Below, piece by piece: positions 54,129 through 62,026 of a stretch of DNA of 64,000 bases (within the stretch, counting starts at the first letter, position 1; every line of letters begins with the position of its first letter). The position numbers and the translations under genes were made by a program. The notes beneath the pieces were generated by a model. The model searched no databases, was not told the DNA's origin, and saw nothing but the letters and a program-made list of their open reading frames with translations. Source of the stretch: a virus. Location: IMG/VR virus record IMGVR_UViG_3300036828_000771, positions 13,590-77,589 of that record, one strand, 5' to 3'.

Positions 54129-54968
54129 ATGGCGTCCGCATCTGCCGAGTTCATGGAGGTGCTGACCGAAGCCATCGCCGACTTCACCGAGCATGGCTTC
54201 GACAATATCGAGCGGCTGGTGATGTGGCAGGAGAAGCTGCGCGATGCGGCGCTGCGCTCGACGACACCGCCCAAGGTGATGGTCGACCTGCTGCGGGCGG
54301 CGCTGCGCAAGGTCTACGAGAAGCTGGTCGAGCAGGGGCGCGTCGTGAAGATGCACCCGGGGATTGGCCAGTTCACGCTGTCGAAGCTGAAGCCCGAACT
54401 GCACGCTGTGCTCGACCGTCACATCCATGCGTCGGCCGACCTGATCAAGCTCAATCGCGAGACGAGGATTGAACAGACATTACAGCGGTTCAGCGGCTGG
54501 GCATCATCGATTCCGGCGGGTGGCACGGATCAGGCGGATAAGCGCAAGACGGTGAAGGAGATCAAGCGCGGCATTGCTGGATTACAGTTCGAGGAGCGGC
54601 GGGTGCTGATCGATCAGGGCCACAAGCTCAACGCGGCGATCTCGCGCACCATCGCGGAAGGTGGTGGGGCGCTGGGCGGCTACTGGTTCAGCCACTGGCG
54701 TCAGCCGGGCTACGACTATCGTGAGGACCACAAGGAGCGCGACGGCGTGTTCTACGTGCAGCGCGACAACTGGGCGATGGAGCAGGGGCTGATGAAGCTG
54801 GGGGGACATGAGTACACCGACGAGATCACGCAGCCCGGCGAAGAGGTCTACTGCCGCTGCCTGTACCGCTACGCCTACAGCCTGCGCGACATTCCCGAGG
54901 AGTGCATGACGGCGCTGGGCACCAAGAAGCTGGCCGAGGTCCGCGCCTACATCGCGGGCGAACTTTAA
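54129..54968 (+). CDS. MuF/gp7-like head morphogenesis protein
   Basis: IDQGHKL, W.SHWR, REDHKERDG and QPGEEVYCRC motifs. Confidence 0.88.
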   Translation: MASASAEFMEVLTEAIADFTEHGFDNIERLVMWQEKLRDAALRSTTPPKVMVDLLRAALRKVYEKLVEQGRVVKMHPGIGQFTLSKLKPELHAVLDRHIHASADLIKLNRETRIEQTLQRFSGWASSIPAGGTDQADKRKTVKEIKRGIAGLQFEERRVLIDQGHKLNAAISRTIAEGGGALGGYWFSHWRQPGYDYREDHKERDGVFYVQRDNWAMEQGLMKLGGHEYTDEITQPGEEVYCRCLYRYAYSLRDIPEECMTALGTKKLAEVRAYIAGEL

Positions 54969-54983
54969 CCGCAGGAGACGATC

Positions 54984-55247
54984 ATGAGCGACACAGGACC
55001 GACCAAGACGCTGGCCGAGTGGATGGACTACGAGAAGACCGAGGCGGCGAAGCCAGCGACGGACGAACCCGAGGCAACGGCACCCAGCGAACCGATCAGC
55101 GACGAGCAGGCCGCGAAGTTCATGCATCACTACGGGGTGGGCGCGGAGCAGAAGATGGATCGCGCGACGCTCGACGCGCGCATGAAGGCGCTCAAAGACC
55201 TGCCCGACCCGGAGCCGCCACAGCCAGCCGCCGCGCCATCGGCCTAG
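54984..55247 (+). CDS. Hypothetical head-region protein
   Basis: RBS AGGAG. Confidence 0.6.
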   Translation: MSDTGPTKTLAEWMDYEKTEAAKPATDEPEATAPSEPISDEQAAKFMHHYGVGAEQKMDRATLDARMKALKDLPDPEPPQPAAAPSA

Positions 55248-55249
55248 CC

Positions 55250-55483
55250 ATGGCGATCTTCGCAGGCGCGGCCACGCCGGTGGTGATCATGGCGGTGGGC
55301 ACGACACCGCTGGCCGGCAAGGCGTCGCCCTATGCGGTGGTCAGCGGCAGGCCGATCAAGCCCGGCAAGCCGATGCCGATTGTCGTGGTGGCGGGCACCG
55401 TGCCGCTGCTGGCGGGCAATCAGATTCCGGTGACGGCGGTGGCCGGGCCGCCGAAGCCCGGCAAGCCGACGCCTGTTCGCTAG
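55250..55483 (+). CDS. Small internally duplicated protein
   Basis: Two copies of P(V/I)V..GT.PL..G...KPGKP.P. Confidence 0.55.
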   Translation: MAIFAGAATPVVIMAVGTTPLAGKASPYAVVSGRPIKPGKPMPIVVVAGTVPLLAGNQIPVTAVAGPPKPGKPTPVR

Positions 55484-55493
55484 GGAGGATGCC

Positions 55494-55805
55494 ATGCCGC
55501 TGACCGACAAGGGCGAGAAGATCATGTCCTCAATGAAGGGCACCTACCCGAGCGACAAGAAGGCGAAGGAGGTTTTCTATGCCTCGAAGAACGCCGGCAA
55601 GATCAGCGGTGTCGACGAGGGCGACATGGGCGTCGATGCGGGCGAGGTGCAGCACGCCTTCGACGAGACCGTGGACAAGACGCACAAGCTGGCGGCGCGG
55701 GTGAGCGCGATTGAAGCGCATGATGATCGGTCGGCCGAGGAGCACGCGAAGGCGGCGGAGTTCCACGAGGAAGAAGCCGAGCGGGGCGATGACTGCGCCA
55801 CCTGA
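55494..55805 (+). CDS. Small head-region protein carrying the heptad tag
   Basis: MPLTDKGEKIM...VFYASKNAGKI; RBS GGAGG. Confidence 0.7.
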   Translation: MPLTDKGEKIMSSMKGTYPSDKKAKEVFYASKNAGKISGVDEGDMGVDAGEVQHAFDETVDKTHKLAARVSAIEAHDDRSAEEHAKAAEFHEEEAERGDDCAT

Positions 55806-58800
55806 TCTTGAGGTTGCGGCCGGTCTGTTCGAGGTGTTCGACCGTCGTCTGGATGGACTGCTCGCGCGCCTCGACTTCGATCCGAGCGAGCCACGCGACG
55901 AGTCAGGGAAATGGACGGACGGCGGTGGCGGTGCTGCTGCCCTAAAAACCGGCATGAAGCCTGCCGAGCCCGAGGCGTTCGTCAAAGCGCGCGACAGATC
56001 GACACGCCAGCAGTTCCTGTCGGCTCACCCGGCGTCTGAACTTGCCGACCACACGCTGTTCACGAACGAAGAAGGAACGGTCGGAATATCGGTCGACCCC
56101 AAGGGCGACATCCAGAACGTGTTCAACAATGGCGGCCCTAAAGGTGGGGCATCAAAGGCTATGGTGGCGGCGATTGCGGCAGGCGGTCGCACGCTCGATT
56201 GCTACGACGGCTTCCTGCCAGCCTATTACAGCCAGTTCGGCTTTGCCGAAGACCAGCGCATGAAGTTCAACCGGGACTTCGCGCCGCCGGGCTGGGACTT
56301 CGCGAAGGCCGGCACCCCTGACATTGTATTCATGTCATGGCGTGGCTATATGGGGGATGGAGGTGCGCAAGGTGCCCTAAATAGTGCCGCATCGCACAGG
56401 AAGCCGCCGCCTCCAGAAAGGAGCGAGGTCTATGGCGACGATTGGGATGCAGCCAAAGAGCGCAGCCGAACAGCCGCAGCCGCAGCGGACTCCGGAAGAA
56501 CTCGCTCTGATAGCGTGGCTGGAATCGGGCGGGCGGAAGCTGACGGAGCAGGAGATCAACGTGGCTCTGGAGCAGGCGCGGGCGCTGGGCGAAATCTAGG
56601 GCTTCGCGCCGACGACGATCCGACCGACAGCGACCTGACGGTTGCTGCGGATGCCATCAGTGGGATGATGGCCCGGCTGGACGCATGGGACGAGAGCAGC
56701 CACCCGCGCGGCCAGCCGGACAATAAGGGCCAGTTCGTCACCAAGGGCGGTGAGACGGCTGGCGGGCTGACCATCCAGAAGACCGGGCAAGGCATGTACG
56801 ACGCGCGGGTCAACGGCGACTACGCCGGGCATGCGCACGTCGCCGAGGGCCATCCGTTCCTGTCGTCGATGCACGTCCATGAGGATCATGCCGGCAAGGG
56901 CATCGGCGCGGCGCTGCACGATCACGTCGAGAAGGAGCTTGGTCGGCCGCTGGTGCCGAATCCGCTGCACATGACCGACGAGCACAAGGAGATGTGGCAG
57001 AAGCGGCTGGCCGAGATGCCGCCCACGGATGCGGCGGCGCGCCTGACCGAGGCACGCAAGATCGGCAGCGACAAGTTCGGGCGCAAGCAGACCGACATCG
57101 ACAAGCTGCACAACAACCTGCGCGCCGTGGTCGGCGGCATGCAGCATCCCGGCGAAGGTTATAGCGCCCAGAGCTACATCGATGCGCTGGGCCGCATCCA
57201 CACCAGCAATGTGCAAGACGCGGCGCGCGCGCTGTACGAGAAGAAGTCGGTGGTGCTGAGCCAGCCTCGGCAGGTGTCGACGCTGATTGAGCACCTTGGC
57301 AAGGTGGCGGCCGAGTTCATCCGGCTGGGCGGCAAGGCCCCGACATTCGATCTGTGCAAGGTGAGCGTCGAGGGCACCAACCTGTTCTGCGCCGAGTCGA
57401 AGGGCATCCCGCGCGTGCAGATGCCGCAACTGGACAAGGAAGCGACCAAGCGGTTCCGCAAGTACCTCGAAGCCAAGGGCTTCAAGATCACGCGCGAGAA
57501 GGAGAAGGCGAGCTACCTGCGCGCGACGCAGGACGAACTGAACGGCGCGAAGGTGGCGGCGAACGCAGCGTCCTACGACAAGGGCAAGGAGCCGCGCCGC
57601 ATCATCGTGAGCCGCGACAACTACATCCTCGACGGCCATCACAAGTGGGCCGCGATGCTGGGCATCGACTCGCGTGACGGCAAGTTCGGCGACAAGGACA
57701 TGAAGGTCTCGCGGGTCGACGCATCGATCACGGAGTTGCTGGCGGAGACGCAGGCGTTCGGGGCGACCACCGGGGCGAGCGTCGAATCGGGAACACCCGG
57801 CGGCGCTCAGCCAGCAGCGCGTACCGATGAAGGGCTGACGTTCGACATCCCCGACTTGCGCGGGCGGGTTCGCCCGCTCCAGTTCATGCGCACCGACGCC
57901 TACAATCCGAACGAGGCGCGCATCCCCAAGGGCGAGCCCGGTGGCGGGCAGTGGACATCAGGCGGCGGCGGGCTGGGCTTCACCAAGAACGAGAGCAAGA
58001 GCGGCCCGTCGTACACCATCTGGAACCATGATGAGGGCAATCTGTCGGTCCAGACCGCCACGGGAAAATGGCGTTGGAGCGGGAAAGAGGGCGGCGACAT
58101 CGAGACGACGTATGGCGACGACGAGGAGTCGCTGAACAAGTTCATCAACGCGCACAAGGACGCGCTGAAGGTCAAGCCGCACGACATCAATATGGAAGTC
58201 GCCGATGTCGGCGGCGACGAATGGAACAAGGCGACCGGCAAGCGGATGGAGTTCGAGTACGTGAAGGCGGCGCATCACCTCGACAAGCTGGTGCGCGACA
58301 AGGTCGCGTCGGGCGAGGTCGACCCCGCGCCCGCACCCGAGAAGGACGAGGACGAGGAGCCGCCTGAGAACGAGTACGGCTATTCGTACCCGCCCGATGA
58401 CTGGGACATGCTGTCGGGCGAGCATCAGTCGGACGCAGAGAAGCAGTGGATCGAGAACAACAAGAGCGACTACGTCGAGAGCGAGGAGCAGAACTGGCAC
58501 GAGAACGGCGACGCCAAGGCGCAGGCCGCGAGCCAGTTGGCCGACGACATCACCAACGGCAACCCGGGCGGTGAGTTCTTCGAGGACGCGACCGAGGAAT
58601 GGGTCAAGGAGTGGAACGAGGAGCACCCAGACGATCCGGTGCGCTACACGCCGCACGACCTGTTCATGTCGACGGTCGTCGAGGACGGCAGCAAGTACAA
58701 GGACTGGGGCGCGGGCAGCAGCAACGCCGGCCAGCCGGACATCTCGTTCACCGACGATATGCTCGACAAGCCGCTGGGCTACGAGCCGCCGGACCCGGCG

Positions 58801-61800
58801 CAGATGAACCTGCCCGGTGTGCCCGAGCACATCCCGCCGAAGCCCGGCCAGTTTTTCACCGACGATCAGAAGGCATCGCTGACCGCGCATTTGGAGAAGG
58901 CGTTCGACGATGAGGCCGACAAGCAGGAATACAATCTCGAAGCGCCTGACTACATCAGCGAGCAGGCCGAAGAACAGATGGGCGAAGTCTGGGATCAGAT
59001 GGACGACAAGCAGAAGTTCAAGATCGCAAAGGACGTGCTCACCAGCGGCATCTTCGAGGAGCCCGGCCCGGCGCAGCAGGACGAGGAGGTCGACGAGGAT
59101 TCGGACGCGATCATCGCCGAGCCGCCGAAGCACTACGACCCGCTGAACACCGGGCACGACATGACCGACTACCGGCGCACGCAGGCGCTCGCGCGCACGG
59201 TGTCCATCGACCGGGGTGTCGAGCTTCTGATGGAGCGCGGCGTGCTCAAGACGGGCAAGCCGCACACATGGCAGGACACGGCGAAGATACTGAAGGACGG
59301 CGAGCGCTTCACACCACAGCAGATCGCCGATGCAGTGGGCCGGAATGCAAACCCGGAGTTGGCTGAGCAACAGGGCGAGCATGGCTTGGCCATGCAGTTG
59401 CGGCTGACCAAGGAATTGGCGAACACATCTGTGGCGCTGGGTCTTGCGATGACGCCCTACGCTGTGGCGCTTCAGCTAGACGGGCCGGGAAAGACCAAGC
59501 TGTCGCGCGACTTCGCGGCGAAGGTGGTGAACGCGATGAAGCCCAACATCGAAGGCGAAGGCGAGAACACCTACCTGAACGGCGTCGGCTTCGACGAGGA
59601 GAAGCTGAAGGAGTCGCTGGGCAGGCCCGGCGCAAGGGAATACTTCGACGCGGTGAAAGACGACATCGGCGCGAAGCTGAACGCCTACCTCAATGATCGG
59701 CACCATGAACTGGCGGCAAAGGGCGCGCAGTACAATTTAGGGCGCGAGCACACCATCGGCGATACGCTTGCCAAGTTTACCGAGGCGCAGGCTAAGTGGG
59801 ATGCGGAGTCGCTGGGCAAGCTGATCGATCAGGGGACACCCAGCACCTCGGTGTCGCCGGACCTGCAAGAGGCGGCGCGTTACGCCTACACGCTGTACTC
59901 GTCAGGACCCGTCGAGGACATCGCCTACAAGGCCAAGGGCTACCCGAACCCGAAGCCGATGCCGACCGAAGCGAAGCGCGCCTCGGCCATGTACGCCGGG
60001 AAGCTGGCGATGGCGCTGCGCATGAGGCGCGGGGTGGACGACAAGCCGACCGAAGTGACGTTCGATCAGCCGACCCTCGACAAGGAGATGCACGATCCGT
60101 GGGAGCGCGACTACTTCCAGCAGAACAAGGAGAAGCTGGTGCAGGCGGCCTCGCAGTACCTGTACGACCGGCACAATGCGCTGGCCGAAGACACCGGCAA
60201 GGGTGTCGCCGATCTGCGCGCGGCGGTGAAGCGGCGCGACCGTGAGATGTGGGAAGCGTGGAAGGGAAGCTCGACCTCGACGCTGGGCAAGCTGATCCAG
60301 ATCGGCTCGGCGGATGAACTGGGCGGCCGGGTGCGCATGCCCCAGAGAGTCAAGCTCGACTTCGACGAGGACAAGGTCGAGATGCCGAACTTCGGCGAGG
60401 TGCTGGCCGCCAATGCGGTGCCAGCCGCGACGCTCCCCGGCGGCCATGTGGTGAACGTCAAGGCAGCGCTGACCGAGCAACTGAGCAACAACGTCATGGA
60501 CCTGCCGGTCGCGGATCGCATGACGTTGAACGACAAGTTTGTGAAACTCTCGAAAGAGCAGGGCCATCCATACGAGAAGCTGGACTGGTCTTTGACGACG
60601 GCGGAGTTGGTTGGCCACGCCAAGCTCAGCTACAACCCGGAGAAGGGACCGACGACCGGCGGGCTCGTGATCAAGGTGAACGAGGACGACCTGTCGCCGC
60701 CCGCGAAGTTCCTGTGGCAGTCGCGACGGCCTGAGATCAAGACAGCGATGCTGAAGGGCATGCTGTCCGAGGCGAACGCGGTGCATAGGGATCGCGTCAC
60801 CGTGGCGAAGAGAGCGGCGATCCTGAAGGCTGGCGGCTACAAGCCGCTGCCGCTGTCGAGCACGCTGGACGCCGCCAAGAGCGGAGTCGGTTCGGCCACG
60901 TCGCGCATCCGCAACCAGTTGGATGATGTTCTGAGGGGGATACCGGAGATCAAGCCGGACTACGCCCACGATATATCGACGAAGCTCGGCGATCCGTCAT
61001 CGTGGTCGACGGCGGTGAAGATCGGCGACGACGACAAGTTCCATTTCGATGGCGACAAGGTGATCGCCAACTTCTTGGCGAGGAACCCGAACTACAACCC
61101 CGAGACCAATCCGGCCACCGGCCCTGTGCGCGAGGCAATGACGACCTCGCTGAACGCGCTGAAGGAGCGCAAGGCGGAGATCGAGAAGGCACTCCAGACG
61201 GGGATGCAGGTCTACCAGTCCGTGCGCGAGGACAACGCCAAGTCGGCGGCGGAGCAGAAGTACCTCGATGCGAATCAGTACGCATGGGAGCCGAAGGAGG
61301 AACTGATCGCGACGGCCGACAAGACCCTGAAGGACATCGGCGGCTACGCGGGCCTGAAGGCACTGCTGCGGGCGAAGTGGGAGACCACGCAGTGGCTGCT
61401 CGACAAGGCGGGCATCCACACAGTGAAGGTCTACCGGGGCATGGAGATTCCATCGCTCGACAATACCCGCGAGAAGGCGGTGATCGGCAAGAGCGGGCAT
61501 GACTACAAGAGCCTGCCCGAGGCCAACATCATTCGGCCCGGCGCGCACTCGACCTCGCTCGACGCCAAGGTCTCGAACGGCTGGCGCGGCAACAACCGCA
61601 TCGTGCTGCGCATGGAAGTGCCGCGCACGGCAGTGCTCTCGATCCCGGCCTATGGCATCAACGTCCACGGCGAACACGAACTGGTGGTGACGGGCACGGC
61701 GTGGAAGAACTGGGACGCATGGCGCACGACCGCGCCGACGTTCGATCAGATTCCGATAGCGTCGCATGTGCACAAGCCCGAGGGCGTACCAGCGACGCCA

Positions 61801-61815
61801 ACCGAGAGTCAGTGA
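55789..61815 (+). CDS. Large polyvalent protein: GNAT-like, GNAT, ParB-like, acidic region and C-terminal R-S-E ADP-ribosyltransferase
   Basis: LDCYDGFLPAYYSQFGF; VHEDHAGKGIGAAL; ATQ...IIVSRDNYILDGHHKWAA; VYRG...STS...GEHELVV; downstream of MuF. Confidence 0.8.
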   Translation: MTAPPDLEVAAGLFEVFDRRLDGLLARLDFDPSEPRDESGKWTDGGGGAAALKTGMKPAEPEAFVKARDRSTRQQFLSAHPASELADHTLFTNEEGTVGISVDPKGDIQNVFNNGGPKGGASKAMVAAIAAGGRTLDCYDGFLPAYYSQFGFAEDQRMKFNRDFAPPGWDFAKAGTPDIVFMSWRGYMGDGGAQGALNSAASHRKPPPPERSEVYGDDWDAAKERSRTAAAAADSGRTRSDSVAGIGRAEADGAGDQRGSGAGAGAGRNLGLRADDDPTDSDLTVAADAISGMMARLDAWDESSHPRGQPDNKGQFVTKGGETAGGLTIQKTGQGMYDARVNGDYAGHAHVAEGHPFLSSMHVHEDHAGKGIGAALHDHVEKELGRPLVPNPLHMTDEHKEMWQKRLAEMPPTDAAARLTEARKIGSDKFGRKQTDIDKLHNNLRAVVGGMQHPGEGYSAQSYIDALGRIHTSNVQDAARALYEKKSVVLSQPRQVSTLIEHLGKVAAEFIRLGGKAPTFDLCKVSVEGTNLFCAESKGIPRVQMPQLDKEATKRFRKYLEAKGFKITREKEKASYLRATQDELNGAKVAANAASYDKGKEPRRIIVSRDNYILDGHHKWAAMLGIDSRDGKFGDKDMKVSRVDASITELLAETQAFGATTGASVESGTPGGAQPAARTDEGLTFDIPDLRGRVRPLQFMRTDAYNPNEARIPKGEPGGGQWTSGGGGLGFTKNESKSGPSYTIWNHDEGNLSVQTATGKWRWSGKEGGDIETTYGDDEESLNKFINAHKDALKVKPHDINMEVADVGGDEWNKATGKRMEFEYVKAAHHLDKLVRDKVASGEVDPAPAPEKDEDEEPPENEYGYSYPPDDWDMLSGEHQSDAEKQWIENNKSDYVESEEQNWHENGDAKAQAASQLADDITNGNPGGEFFEDATEEWVKEWNEEHPDDPVRYTPHDLFMSTVVEDGSKYKDWGAGSSNAGQPDISFTDDMLDKPLGYEPPDPAQMNLPGVPEHIPPKPGQFFTDDQKASLTAHLEKAFDDEADKQEYNLEAPDYISEQAEEQMGEVWDQMDDKQKFKIAKDVLTSGIFEEPGPAQQDEEVDEDSDAIIAEPPKHYDPLNTGHDMTDYRRTQALARTVSIDRGVELLMERGVLKTGKPHTWQDTAKILKDGERFTPQQIADAVGRNANPELAEQQGEHGLAMQLRLTKELANTSVALGLAMTPYAVALQLDGPGKTKLSRDFAAKVVNAMKPNIEGEGENTYLNGVGFDEEKLKESLGRPGAREYFDAVKDDIGAKLNAYLNDRHHELAAKGAQYNLGREHTIGDTLAKFTEAQAKWDAESLGKLIDQGTPSTSVSPDLQEAARYAYTLYSSGPVEDIAYKAKGYPNPKPMPTEAKRASAMYAGKLAMALRMRRGVDDKPTEVTFDQPTLDKEMHDPWERDYFQQNKEKLVQAASQYLYDRHNALAEDTGKGVADLRAAVKRRDREMWEAWKGSSTSTLGKLIQIGSADELGGRVRMPQRVKLDFDEDKVEMPNFGEVLAANAVPAATLPGGHVVNVKAALTEQLSNNVMDLPVADRMTLNDKFVKLSKEQGHPYEKLDWSLTTAELVGHAKLSYNPEKGPTTGGLVIKVNEDDLSPPAKFLWQSRRPEIKTAMLKGMLSEANAVHRDRVTVAKRAAILKAGGYKPLPLSSTLDAAKSGVGSATSRIRNQLDDVLRGIPEIKPDYAHDISTKLGDPSSWSTAVKIGDDDKFHFDGDKVIANFLARNPNYNPETNPATGPVREAMTTSLNALKERKAEIEKALQTGMQVYQSVREDNAKSAAEQKYLDANQYAWEPKEELIATADKTLKDIGGYAGLKALLRAKWETTQWLLDKAGIHTVKVYRGMEIPSLDNTREKAVIGKSGHDYKSLPEANIIRPGAHSTSLDAKVSNGWRGNNRIVLRMEVPRTAVLSIPAYGINVHGEHELVVTGTAWKNWDAWRTTAPTFDQIPIASHVHKPEGVPATPTESQ
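56432..56599 (+). CDS. Nested out-of-frame small gene inside the polyprotein linker
   Basis: RBS AAAGGAG/GAGG, ATG, GC3-rich codons and an amphipathic helical product. Confidence 0.55.
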   Translation: MATIGMQPKSAAEQPQPQRTPEELALIAWLESGGRKLTEQEINVALEQARALGEI

Positions 61816-61816
61816 C

Positions 61817-62026
61817 ATGGCTGACAACGACATCGACATCGCGCTGGCCGACACCATCGCGGGACGACACTGGCTGCATCCGGCGGTGCGCCATCACGGC
61901 AACCCGCGCATGGAGGCGATCCGCGCGAAGTACCGGGCGCTGCATCAGGCTGGCAAGATGATGGGCAAGATCGGCGACAAGACCGACAAGCTGACGAAGC
62001 GGCTCGACACGCTGGATGACAAATGA
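61817..62026 (+). CDS. Small head-region protein carrying the heptad tag
   Basis: Ends MGKIGDKTDKLTKRLDTLDDK; ATGA overlap with the next gene. Confidence 0.6.
   Translation: MADNDIDIALADTIAGRHWLHPAVRHHGNPRMEAIRAKYRALHQAGKMMGKIGDKTDKLTKRLDTLDDK

Noticed and set aside
51898-54141. Long antisense ORFs (for example 51898-54141, 2921-4447, 57958-59382)
   Set aside because: Shadows of GC3-rich sense genes with recognisable motifs; products have no family features
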